Source of the DNA: Theionarchaea archaeon
GTDB lineage: Archaea > Methanobacteriota_B > Thermococci > Methanofastidiosales > SZ-28-30
Assembly (NCBI GenBank): GCA_018992685.1
Contig: JACVGT010000018.1
Coordinates: forward strand, 1 to 64,000
Direction of reading: 5' to 3'
DNA length: 64,000 nucleotides
The position numbers and the translations under genes are program-made. How positions within the stretch are numbered: position 1 is the first letter of the stretch; each line of letters begins with the position of its first letter. Below the pieces are notes generated by a model. The model was given only the letters and a program-made list of their open reading frames with translations. It did no database searches and was not told the DNA's origin. Of this stretch, positions 10,746-20,157 are shown piece after piece.

Positions 10746-11057
10746 CTATGAATTCATGATGTCCTTGAGTCTGTAGTAGTTGTCTTCAAGGTCCAGAGTT
10801 TCCACCACTCGGGAAATAGAGACCACACTCGTTCTCAGTATCAAGGCAATCCCCACGTTGGTCACTCCCATGTTGTGGAGTATACTCACCTGGTCAGGAT
10901 CTACGTCAGAACATAAATGACAGTTATTCACCATCTCCAGCTTCTCAAGTCGGTAACCCACAGCAGCCTGTGTGACACCTAATCTCACTGCAATTTCCTT
11001 GTTGGTCAGTCCTTGAAGATAGAGCTCCAGAAGCTCTCCATCTGAAAACTTATTCAT
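10746..11057 (-). CDS. Small tandem-HTH DNA-binding protein
   Basis: GLTNKEIAVRLGVTQAAVGYRL plus a second degenerate HTH; SD GGAGGAGG. Confidence 0.8.
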   Translation of the reverse strand: MNKFSDGELLELYLQGLTNKEIAVRLGVTQAAVGYRLEKLEMVNNCHLCSDVDPDQVSILHNMGVTNVGIALILRTSVVSISRVVETLDLEDNYYRLKDIMNS

Positions 11058-11080
11058 CCTTCTAACCTCCTCCCCCTTAC

Positions 11081-11241
11081 GGGATCACTCGGAGTGATCC
11101 CTCTGCCTTTGGCAGGAACAGGATTGGCCCGTTCCACAAGGGGTGTGTATAGATTATGTCCAGGTTGTGCAGGACTGCCTTTCTTAAGAAAGGCATTAAA
11201 TCCCACATAACCAAAAAGAAGAATAAAGATGGGTATATAAA
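11081..11241 (-). promoter_or_regulatory. TATA box with palindrome-rich leader upstream of the HTH/wHTH operon
   Basis: TTTATATA at 11241-11234; perfect 20-bp palindrome 11176-11195; 10-bp inverted repeat 11081-11101. Confidence 0.55.
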
Positions 11242-11646
11242 GTTAATTAATACAAAATATTACATTATAATATTTTTTGAGGCAAATTATTTTAGATTTT
11301 AATACCGGTTCAAGCCTCTTCACAATTTTGAATGATAAAAAGAAGAAAAGATTATTTTTTCCATGATGTATCTGTCAATTAAATCAAAAGAATATCAAAA
11401 TTCCAAATAATAAGTAGATTGTGAAATCAACACAAATTAATCTCATCAAGACGATATGATTTCTCTTGATCAAAAAATCGAAGTGAATCTCATCCTCTAT
11501 TTTCCCGTAAAAAAATATGAGAATATCATATATTATAACATTTTTTGGCTTGTAAAGCTTTCTGTAAGCGATCAAAGCTTTCTGCTAAAGCTTCATGACA
11601 TTAAAATCCATAAAAAAGGAGAAGAGCATCAAATCCTGGGTAAATA

Positions 11647-11733
11647 TGCCCCTGCCGGGATTCGAACCCGGGTTTCAGGCTGGCTCCGAATCTTCTCCGG
11701 AGGCCTGTGCCATATCCACTAGACGACAGGGGC
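11647..11733 (-). tRNA. tRNA-Arg(CCG) with 15-nt intron (11682-11696) at 37/38
   Basis: Acceptor stem GCCCCTG/CAGGGGC; T-arm CCGGG-TTCGAAT-CCCGG; anticodon stem CAGGC/GCCTG; BHB central helix CTCC/GGAG. Confidence 0.92.
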
Positions 11734-11737
11734 ATTG

Positions 11738-12301
11738 TCACGACTTTACCATCAACAGCCCCAAGATGTCAGACCTGCTGATGATCCCCACTGGTTTCCC
11801 AATCTCTTCAACAACCACAACATTGTTCTCCTTTAACAAAGAGAACACAGATTCCAAACTCTCATTCCTACTGACTGTTGGCAGAGGGTCATCCATGACC
11901 TCGTACACTCTCATGGTCCGGAACTTCTCCATCTTCCTGACATCAATTTTCTTTATTAAAGACTTTTCTACCACACACCCTACTATCCTCCCTCTCCTGG
12001 TGACTGGTATCTGAGAAATATCATTCCTGCTCATCAACCGGATGGCGTTTTCAACAAAATCATTGGCATCAATAGATATTATGGGATTGACCATGACATC
12101 ACTTGCCTTCCTGACCCCTTCCTCCATGCTTTTCAAGGAGTCCACAATCTTCTGATACGTTGAAAGTTTGGGATCGGCCTGTCCTGTTTCCAACTTGGCA
12201 ATGTATGCCTGGGACACTCCTGCTTTCTCAGCCAGTTTCTCCTGTGTGATGCCAAGTCTCTTGCGCATCCGTTTTAACTCAAAGAGCTCTACATTCCTCA
12301 C
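11738..12301 (-). CDS. Xre-HTH + CBS-pair transcriptional regulator
   Basis: ITQEKLAEKAGVSQAYIAKLETG followed by two CBS domains. Confidence 0.92.
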   Translation of the reverse strand: MRNVELFELKRMRKRLGITQEKLAEKAGVSQAYIAKLETGQADPKLSTYQKIVDSLKSMEEGVRKASDVMVNPIISIDANDFVENAIRLMSRNDISQIPVTRRGRIVGCVVEKSLIKKIDVRKMEKFRTMRVYEVMDDPLPTVSRNESLESVFSLLKENNVVVVEEIGKPVGIISRSDILGLLMVKS

Positions 12302-12464
12302 AGTTATGAAATTGTTCTACATTATAAATACATTTCGCTTCGCAGCACTCTCAATAACAGATCAAACCTGATACCTCCTCCTTCCAGATTTCCATTATTC
12401 TCGTCAGTTATATTTTGACCGAAAGATATAAATAGTCCCTTTTGGAACGGGATGTGGTGATCCG

Positions 12465-13661
12465 GTGAATATCACTGTCGAACCGTTATCAAGGCTACCA
12501 TTAGAAGAACAGGATATTGAAATTGTTGAGAGAAAGGGAATAGGACACCCGGATTCAATTTGTGACGGAATTGCTGAATCTGTGTCCCGGTCTCTTTCTC
12601 GAAGCTACATCGAAGAGTGCGGCAGAATACTACATCACAACACTGATCAGGTGGAGCTGGTGGGAGGAAAATCCAATCCATTCTTTGGAGGGGGAGAAAT
12701 CTTACAACCCATGTACCTGCTGTTGTCAGGCAGGGCTACCATGCACTTCAACGACGGACAACGGAGATCGTTACCCACTCATAGAATCGCAATCGAAGCA
12801 GCCAAAGAATACCTGAAAACCAATCTCCCCAACTGCGATGTGGATTCCCATATCATCATTGACTCCAGAATGGGTGAAGGGTCTGTGGATTTGAGAGAGA
12901 ATTTTGAAGAGAATCAGGTCATACCTCGAGCCAATGATACGTCTTTTGGAGTGTCCTTTGCTCCTCTCACAGAAACGGAGAAACTGGTGTACAGTGCAGA
13001 ACGCTTCTTGAATTCTAAGGACTTCAAGAAGAAATTCCCTATGCTGGGAGAAGACATAAAGATCATGGGACTCCGCATAAAGGATGAGCTCCAGCTGACT
13101 GTGGCAGCTGCATTCATTTCCTCTCGAGTGGATACGCGCCAGGAATACGAACGCCTCAAGGAAGAGATCACAGAAGAAATCATTGAACAGTTCAACGAGC
13201 AGTGTAGTAGGAAGTTGAAAGTGGATATCAACACAGCAGACACTGGCCATTCAGCATACCTGACTGTCACAGGGACGTCATCCGAAATGGGAGATGACGG
13301 CTCCGTGGGAAGAGGAAACAGAGTTACGGGGCTTATTACCCCCTATCGCCCAATGTCCATGGAAGCTGCCGCAGGGAAGAACCCTGTCTCTCATGTGGGA
13401 AAGATGTACAACTTACTGGCTCGCAGAATTGCCAATGAGGTGGCTGAGCTTGAGGGAATTGCAGAGGTCCAGATCTATTTGCTGTCCCAGATTGGACATC
13501 CCATAAATGATCCTGCCGAAGCATGTGCCCGTTTGGTTACCAAGAGCAACACACGTGTTACTGAACTCGGACCGGAAATCAAGGAAATCATGAGCAGGAA
13601 TATCAAGAATGTGACCCAGATTACCAATCTGGTAGTAGAAGGAAGCCTGGACGTCTTCTAA
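12465..13661 (+). CDS. mat: Archaeal-type S-adenosylmethionine synthetase
   Basis: [37 protein letters not shown] and [12 protein letters not shown] motifs. Confidence 0.96.
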   Translation: MNITVEPLSRLPLEEQDIEIVERKGIGHPDSICDGIAESVSRSLSRSYIEECGRILHHNTDQVELVGGKSNPFFGGGEILQPMYLLLSGRATMHFNDGQRRSLPTHRIAIEAAKEYLKTNLPNCDVDSHIIIDSRMGEGSVDLRENFEENQVIPRANDTSFGVSFAPLTETEKLVYSAERFLNSKDFKKKFPMLGEDIKIMGLRIKDELQLTVAAAFISSRVDTRQEYERLKEEITEEIIEQFNEQCSRKLKVDINTADTGHSAYLTVTGTSSEMGDDGSVGRGNRVTGLITPYRPMSMEAAAGKNPVSHVGKMYNLLARRIANEVAELEGIAEVQIYLLSQIGHPINDPAEACARLVTKSNTRVTELGPEIKEIMSRNIKNVTQITNLVVEGSLDVF

Positions 13662-14188
13662 CCCTTCTTCAAAAATGCACTCTCCACCATATCCAGTAAG
13701 GCATACAAGTTCTGGTTAATTTGAGGTAGGTGTCGCTCAGATATCAGCAGGAAAAGCATTCCCGAGCCAATGGCAAGTCCTCCTGAAAAGATGTCATGAG
13801 CCAGCACCCAAGGGATGTCATGTTCTAGAAGGTAGTAGACTGCACCTATCCTTCCAATGTTCACCATGACAACAGCTGCTGAGCCTGTCACTGCGAAAAT
13901 TACTCTCCGTCTCAGGCCCGCCTTGGCTGCCATGATCATGCCAATGAAGAGTGCGACAATTTCCATGGCCGTGCAATCGATGGAAATGTACAAGTACTCA
14001 ATGTAGTGATGCCCATTCTGCTGATACCATGCCGCTTTCATCCCAAGCACAGTCACAAACTGAGCGGTGGCCTGGGAAGTAATCCGTTCCACAGGGAGAA
14101 GAGAAGCAACGACATACACCGCTGCTGCATAGACTGCAGCTCTCACCACATACTGCACTGGTTCACTCCGAAGCCTGTTCAATTCCAT
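13658..14188 (-). CDS. Archaeosortase/exosortase family membrane protein
   Basis: Multi-TM; catalytic Cys (ISIDCTAM), Arg (VNIGRI) and His (LAHD). Confidence 0.85.
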   Translation of the reverse strand: MELNRLRSEPVQYVVRAAVYAAAVYVVASLLPVERITSQATAQFVTVLGMKAAWYQQNGHHYIEYLYISIDCTAMEIVALFIGMIMAAKAGLRRRVIFAVTGSAAVVMVNIGRIGAVYYLLEHDIPWVLAHDIFSGGLAIGSGMLFLLISERHLPQINQNLYALLDMVESAFLKKG

Positions 14189-15434
14189 TCTTGATCCTCT
14201 TTTCCTTGTATTCCTCTATAATTGTCTTCAATTGCTGTTCTTTCTGTTTGGCTTCAACGATCTCCTGCGCCATCTTCCAGCAATTGAACTCAGACTCGAA
14301 ATCCTCTTTTGGAATGACACCGAAATTCCCTAAGAACTTCAGGGGTATTTCCCTTTCCGAGATAACTGGTATTTTCGCCTTGGTGAATTCCTCTTCTGCG
14401 AGATGGGACATCCTTTCTTTGCTGATGATTGCTCTCACTCCCTTCTCCATGAGTTCTCGTGCCGTGGTGGGTCCCCCACCAGAGGGATCTTGCAGGTATA
14501 TAATATCTCCTTTCTTTATGGTAAATCTCTCATCCAGTGCTTTTATTTCTTCCTTGGAGAAATGGGGCAGAACTTTAACAGGGAGCGCTTTCTGGGAATA
14601 TTCCAGTGTTCTCATTTCCTTGAGAATTTCATTCTCCTGAGAGAGCAGTCTGGTTTTCTTTCTTTCAATTTCCAGTTCCTCCTCCAGTTTCCTGATGAAA
14701 GATTCCCTGTTCTTGATGGCCTGAGACTCCAGGGCTTCTTTTCTTGTCTTGCGATCGTATAACCTGAGATTCTGCTGGGTGTTTTCCAGTTGCTGGCGCA
14801 AGTCTTGATTCTCTTTCTCCAGGTCAGTTCTGTACTCTGTAAGGCGTTCTACCGTATGTGTCAGGTCTGCCACCTTTTTCTGCAGCAATGAAGCGGAGGG
14901 CTTCTGGACAGGTTCTGATTCTGGGTGAAGAGGCAATTCCCTGAGGGAGGGCGATTCAGATGAAATCTTCTCTTCAACCATGGCAATTGCTCGTTCCACC
15001 GGGTATCCTCTCAGGACGAGGGATTTTATTGTTTCTGAATGTTCCTCCATTCTTTTTTCCTGCAGTCGCGAATCGATGTTATCGAACTTGGCTTTATGGT
15101 GCTCAAGCGCCTTCAGAGCAGCAGCAAGGGCATCTCTCTGATGAAAGTTCTTGAACTGGTGATTCCTGGTCAGCTCGTTTTTCTCCTCTACGGACAGATC
15201 AGAAGGGGGTGTGTGCAGTTTGCAGTCGAAAGACCGACATAACTTGTCCACCGCCTGAGGTGCAGGATTAACATCAGTAGCGATGATGCAGGGTGATCCG
15301 AATTCGGAGATAAAACTGATAATATCCTGTAGGGAGAAATTCTTGCCAGAATAGAGGGAGACTACTTCTCCTTCCAGTGTAAGTATGGCCACGGCAGCCG
15401 TTGTTCCTGGATCAACTCCTGCTACAATATATAT
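14163..15434 (-). CDS. DUF460 family protein (RNase H-like N-terminus + coiled coil); probable ATA start
   Basis: Conserved IVAGVDPGTTAAVA lies upstream of the first GTG; ATDVNPAP and HQRDALAAA motifs. Confidence 0.85.
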   Translation of the reverse strand: MYIVAGVDPGTTAAVAILTLEGEVVSLYSGKNFSLQDIISFISEFGSPCIIATDVNPAPQAVDKLCRSFDCKLHTPPSDLSVEEKNELTRNHQFKNFHQRDALAAALKALEHHKAKFDNIDSRLQEKRMEEHSETIKSLVLRGYPVERAIAMVEEKISSESPSLRELPLHPESEPVQKPSASLLQKKVADLTHTVERLTEYRTDLEKENQDLRQQLENTQQNLRLYDRKTRKEALESQAIKNRESFIRKLEEELEIERKKTRLLSQENEILKEMRTLEYSQKALPVKVLPHFSKEEIKALDERFTIKKGDIIYLQDPSGGGPTTARELMEKGVRAIISKERMSHLAEEEFTKAKIPVISEREIPLKFLGNFGVIPKEDFESEFNCWKMAQEIVEAKQKEQQLKTIIEEYKEKRIKNGIEQASE

Positions 15435-15623
15435 TCAATCACCTAGTATCAGGTCCGTTGACAGCGCCCTGAGGATCAACATGGGATGCCCAGGCGTGTC
15501 AAGATTCCCATGAGGGTACATACCTACTACGTGTGGTGATTTATGAATGTTTTCATTACAATTGCAGGAGAGGGCCAGGGGGACGACCCGGCCTGCCCCT
15601 GTTACCCGAGTACTTCGGTGTCT

Positions 15624-15971
15624 TCAGGTGAATGCAGATGCAAGCTTCATTAATGCACTCATATCTCCTTCAATGCGTATCTTCCCCTGCATCATTGCCA
15701 TCATGGCGTTGAGTTCCTTTTTCATGATACTGTCAATTACATCCAGCGTAGTAAGCACTGAAGCATCTGCGGAATCGTCTTTTTCTTGTAACGGTCTCTT
15801 GCTCATTTCCTCTACGGTACCATTCTCTCCGATTCTAATGATGTAGGCTTTATCCACATCTTCCAAGCAGAGCTGCAAGGTCTTTTTCCATCCTTTGTTG
15901 GAATCTGCCATGCTGTTCAGTCTGTCTTTGAACTTTTCCAGGAGGGAATCAGCATATTCTTCTTTGTCCAT
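15624..15971 (-). CDS. SCP2 sterol/lipid carrier domain protein
   Basis: LNAMMAMMQGKIRIEGDMSALMKL; ATG at 15971 behind GGTGA. Confidence 0.85.
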   Translation of the reverse strand: MDKEEYADSLLEKFKDRLNSMADSNKGWKKTLQLCLEDVDKAYIIRIGENGTVEEMSKRPLQEKDDSADASVLTTLDVIDSIMKKELNAMMAMMQGKIRIEGDMSALMKLASAFT

Positions 15972-16293
15972 AGTCTCACCTTCAAATGATGCTTTCAATG
16001 AAGCTCCATATATAAGGTTTCTCACCCTCCTGTGGTGTTCATGCACAGCAGGGATTTCAAACAGGTGAAGCGTTCTCCCCTCGAAATCGTCAAAGAAAAA
16101 AAGAAAGGAAGCTGGATCTCGGAATACAAGGGCGCGACATGCTGGCCCGAGGCTCATGGGCCAACCATAACCTATACCTTTATAATATTGGCATATCTAT
16201 CAATATTGCGGTCATTGATTCACGCACAATTTGACAAATCGTACAACCAGAGGTCGGTCCAACAATGGTAAAAATGCGTGGAAAGGATGAATC

Positions 16294-17391
16294 ATGGATT
16301 CCAGATTTAACATCAATGAAAAGGAAGCCAGAATGCTGAACATCATTGGGAGAGATGCCAGTTTGTCCCACGGGGAGATTGCAAAGATGGTACAGTACAG
16401 GAGAGTCACGACTGTCTCTAAGAAGTTGAAAAAGTTCCAGGAAAAGAATCTCTTGAGAGGACCATACTATGATTTGAATCTCACCGGCGTGGGCAAAAAT
16501 CAGATCTACAATGTCTATTCCACAATGTCCTTTGCTCCCGAGGACATTGATTTTGTCTTCCGGATTCTCAAGGAGATTCCAGGGATCAGATGGATATTTC
16601 CCTCTACTGATCTGGATAGGTTTTTTGTTTATTTTCAGGTCAATCATTACAAGCACATTGGTGGGCTTCTGAAGGCTCTTCGCAAGAAAGAACTGATAGA
16701 GTACAACCTCTTTTCTTCACGATTCAAGTGGCTAAAAAGAAATCCAGATTTCTTTGGCAGTCCAGTCTCCTCTTCACAGAACTTGCTTGCAACTTGTGGG
16801 CTGCCTGACATCTCATATCGAAGGATCACTCCATCAGCAAAGTGGAACGATACAGACCTGACTGTTATGCAATACCTGCAAGTTCAGTCAGACAGTCCCA
16901 TGGAGATTGCCAGGCAAGAATACTCGAGACACAGGAATCTGTTGACCTACAACCAGATCAAGTACAGTATCCAGAAGATTAGGAATCATGGTATTATTGA
17001 ATCAGTTGACTATCACGTTGCGCCTCTCCCCAGGGAACGGTGTTTCACCGTGCTCCTGCTGTTGTCTGCAGAGAGAAGAGGGACCCTTCTTCGGATAATG
17101 GAGAATTTTGGAAAAGGATGCAGGCTCCACAAAACCTGCACGCTGGCGGGGAGGACAGGGCTTATGTTTTTGTGGATCATGCCCGAAGCTGCCACGAATC
17201 TGCTGAGTACATTTGATGACATCGATGGGCTGCGATGCAGCATGTACTTCCTCAGAAGCCATGATACTGCATACTTGTGTAGCTTTTCCTTTGAGTCTTC
17301 TACATTCAACACTGATGAACAGAGATGGGAGTATCCATATCAGGAAACTCAAAAGAAGGTAGAAAATTGGATAAAAAAAAGAGAAAAATAA
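16294..17391 (+). CDS. Duplicated Lrp/AsnC-like wHTH regulator (paralog 2)
   Basis: HTH SHGEIAKMVQYRRVTTVSKKL; LRGPYYDLN; second HTH half (WNDTDLTVMQYL). Confidence 0.8.
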   Translation: MDSRFNINEKEARMLNIIGRDASLSHGEIAKMVQYRRVTTVSKKLKKFQEKNLLRGPYYDLNLTGVGKNQIYNVYSTMSFAPEDIDFVFRILKEIPGIRWIFPSTDLDRFFVYFQVNHYKHIGGLLKALRKKELIEYNLFSSRFKWLKRNPDFFGSPVSSSQNLLATCGLPDISYRRITPSAKWNDTDLTVMQYLQVQSDSPMEIARQEYSRHRNLLTYNQIKYSIQKIRNHGIIESVDYHVAPLPRERCFTVLLLLSAERRGTLLRIMENFGKGCRLHKTCTLAGRTGLMFLWIMPEAATNLLSTFDDIDGLRCSMYFLRSHDTAYLCSFSFESSTFNTDEQRWEYPYQETQKKVENWIKKREK

Positions 17392-17399
17392 GAAAAGGA

Positions 17400-17594
17400 C
17401 TATTTCGGATGTTCGGGATCACTCCCAGGAACGGAATCCGTAGTGACTGGTGGATCGTCACCGTCGAATTCCGCCACCTCTCCTACTAGCGGTGCAGTCC
17501 CATCGAAATGTGAGGCAACACCCAGTGATATCCCCCCGAGGGTGCCAAGCATCAAGAGGGCGATTAACACCACTGCCATACTGACTGACTTCAT
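17400..17594 (-). CDS. Small secreted peptide (64 aa): signal peptide + acidic, Pro-rich tail
   Basis: SD GGAGGT; MKSVSMAVVLIALLMLGTLGG...DGDDPPVTTDSVPGSDPEHPK; T-rich terminator follows. Confidence 0.75.
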   Translation of the reverse strand: MKSVSMAVVLIALLMLGTLGGISLGVASHFDGTAPLVGEVAEFDGDDPPVTTDSVPGSDPEHPK

Positions 17595-17734
17595 TCCACA
17601 ACCTCCATTGCTAAGAAAGACAAAAAGAAGTAAACACAAATATTTTTTCCTGAGAAGGATTTAAAAAGATGGACAGCTAAGTATATAATCAAAGGGAGAA
17701 ATTGGATCGAAATCCCATCAAGGGCTGATCATGT

Positions 17735-18835
17735 ATGCTTATCAACAAAGATATTGGAAATACTGACAAGATCATCCTAAATAGACTGGGAAAAAACGCA
17801 GATACTCCTATAACAGACCTTCTCACAAGTACACGGTACAGAAGGAAATCCTCTGTCTACAACAGGATTCGACACTTGAGAAGCGAAAAATATCTCTTTG
17901 GCCCTTACTTTGACGTTAACTATAACGCTATTGGCACAAATAAATTGTACTCAGTTTTTGTCTTTGCCCATTACGACCCACTGTACAGGGCTGCTGTCCT
18001 GGAAGCCATGAAGAGAATCAACTGCTGGACCATGATCTATCCCGTGAGAACCGCAGAAGCGTATCTGGGCATTTACAGGTGCAACAATTGGAATTACATT
18101 GCCACTCTCATGGGATTGATGGATCGATGGGGATGGCTCAAGGAATACAGTGTTCACAAATCCGAACATCGATGGATACTGAGTAACCCAGATTTCTTTG
18201 GCGCCTTCATGCCCGCCTCCGACTACCAGATCCCGACGAAAGAAGAGCTTCCTCACTTCCGGTATGAGACTATCGACCCCAACATCGAATACACTCAAAT
18301 CGATCTCACCGTTCTGAAATATCTATCCAGAAAAACGTGCAGATTAACGGAAATGCGAAATCTCGAATACCGCTACCATGGGATACGGCTAAAATATCAT
18401 GATCTCAAGCGGAGTTTTGACAGGCTAAAGAACAGCAACGTACTCCTAGAAAAGAATTTCATCATCCTCCCTCTGCCTTTGGACATGTCCTCTCTCTTCT
18501 TTCTCATCACACATGGAAGGAATTTCAGGTCTCATCTAGAGACTGTTGCTGGATTTGGAGAAGGGTTGCGATTGCACAAAACACTCATTGTAGTAGGGAG
18601 GGAGATAATATCCTATTTTTTGGCACATCCCTTGCTCGAAGGGAAAATCCTTGGAATAATTGAAGACAACATGGATAACGCCAAACTCTATGGAATAAAA
18701 ACTTATCCCTCTCATGAGTTAGCCATACAATCCCTTAATGACAACTACTTTGACGTGGAAAATCAAAGATGGGTTTTTCCCTATTCTAGATTCAGAGAAG
18801 AACTGAAAAAAATAAAAGAGAAAAGAGGAGATTAA
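17735..18835 (+). CDS. Duplicated Lrp/AsnC-like wHTH regulator (paralog 3)
   Basis: Clearly paralogous to 16294 (GPYFDVNY..IGTN, NPDFFG, DLTVLKYL, RLHKT, QRWVFPY). Confidence 0.8.
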   Translation: MLINKDIGNTDKIILNRLGKNADTPITDLLTSTRYRRKSSVYNRIRHLRSEKYLFGPYFDVNYNAIGTNKLYSVFVFAHYDPLYRAAVLEAMKRINCWTMIYPVRTAEAYLGIYRCNNWNYIATLMGLMDRWGWLKEYSVHKSEHRWILSNPDFFGAFMPASDYQIPTKEELPHFRYETIDPNIEYTQIDLTVLKYLSRKTCRLTEMRNLEYRYHGIRLKYHDLKRSFDRLKNSNVLLEKNFIILPLPLDMSSLFFLITHGRNFRSHLETVAGFGEGLRLHKTLIVVGREIISYFLAHPLLEGKILGIIEDNMDNAKLYGIKTYPSHELAIQSLNDNYFDVENQRWVFPYSRFREELKKIKEKRGD

Positions 18836-18869
18836 TGTAGACCTAGGTCTCTGCCGTTGTTTCAGGTAT

Positions 18870-18968
18870 TCATCCCGGGTAGGGGACGTCTCCCGGGACG
18901 GGCCCTCCGCATGGAGCTGTCCAAGAGAAGGCCTGGATGACGAGATTGAGGGTGTTAGTCCAACCCAT
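18870..18968 (-). CDS. Unannotated 32-aa peptide MGWTNTLNLVIQAFSWTAPCGGPVPGDVPYPG
   Basis: Below the ORF-track cutoff; GAGGTGA SD 4 nt before the ATG; same position relative to its regulator as the 17400 peptide. Confidence 0.6.
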   Translation of the reverse strand: MGWTNTLNLVIQAFSWTAPCGGPVPGDVPYPG

Positions 18969-19782
18969 GTGATCACCTCGTCATCTTATTGTCTTTTTGG
19001 ACTACATTACAGATTTGTATTGTCTTAAAAGATGATTTATTGTCCTAGCTGGTGAGAAAGTCAATCTCAGAATCTGAGAACCTAAGAAAAGCCAAAATTC
19101 AGCCAGAGGAAAAGAGTCAGCTCTAGCTTAACACAAGAAATCTCTTTTATTATATGACAACGCGGAAAATATAAGATAGAAAAGCAATATATTTGATTAT
19201 ATTTATTCTGAAGACAAAATCATCAACGTCGTAAAAACTGGTTCCGAAACAGGCTATTCTGAATTACGTGAATCAAAAAGAATCGTTCTCAGAGAGTTAC
19301 AAGATGATTGTGTAGTTACCAACTGGTAAGAGTCGTCATATCCTGAAGAAACAATGATCCCAACATGAAAAGCATATGAATATGAAGTCCTGCAAAACAG
19401 ATAGTGTTCGGGAGATCCCTGTAAGGTGACCAAGGAGGTTCTTCCATCAGGCAATGAGTGTATGTAATGCCGGACAAATCAATTCTTCAAGGATTCGGCA
19501 AGTCCTCACGATGAGGTGTCTTTCTTTTTCTTCAATTTTGAAGTCAGCCTCTTGATATTGTGGAATGGATGCACTCACGTGTCGAGGCCACGAGAGGCTT
19601 CTCTCCTCTTCATGACGACAATTAAGAGATTTGAGAAGAAGAATCATTTGCAGGATAAAGACAGCTACCAGAAAAAGATCATCTCCGCCTGAAGTGTTCC
19701 TCAGAGGATCTCGAAGTATTTCCAGAGACTCCTGAAATCCTCCTGGACTCTGAGAGATGAGAACCTGCAGGTCAAATCGCTG

Positions 19783-20154
19783 TTACGGTAGTTTCCCCAG
19801 AACGAATTCAACAATGTCTGTGGCAAACTGATGAGAGAACCCGTGAGCAATCAAAAGTCTCGTCATCTCATGCCGGATGGAATCAGCCTCGTGTGGGGAA
19901 TCCATCGTGTCACCCATTTCGTCATAGAGGACAAGGAAAGCATGAATGACAGACGGGGCCATAATCTCATCATTGCCTCCAAATCTCACTGTGGGTCCTT
20001 TTAGATCTAGATCCTTGCTCTCTGCTTTTTCCACGAATTCTACGAAGATTTCCCATGTGATATCAAAATACTGCGCCTCTTCTGGGTACTTCTTTTTCAT
20101 GTATTCCTTCGAGACCTTGTATATCTCATCCCTGTATGGTATCTCTTTAACCAT
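19783..20154 (-). CDS. Hypothetical protein coupled to the wHTH-TPR gene
   Basis: 123-aa ORF starting 3 bp after the upstream stop. Confidence 0.7.
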   Translation of the reverse strand: MVKEIPYRDEIYKVSKEYMKKKYPEEAQYFDITWEIFVEFVEKAESKDLDLKGPTVRFGGNDEIMAPSVIHAFLVLYDEMGDTMDSPHEADSIRHEMTRLLIAHGFSHQFATDIVEFVLGKLP

Positions 20155-20157
20155 GGT

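Noticed and set aside
11456-12014. Plus-strand ORFs over the tRNA-Arg region
   Set aside because: Antisense to the tRNA and the HTH-CBS gene, with no recognisable motifs
17400-17420. PEHPK peptide end resembling the PEHPGHPK repeats at 46160-46220
   Set aside because: Short low-complexity match 29 kb apart, likely coincidence
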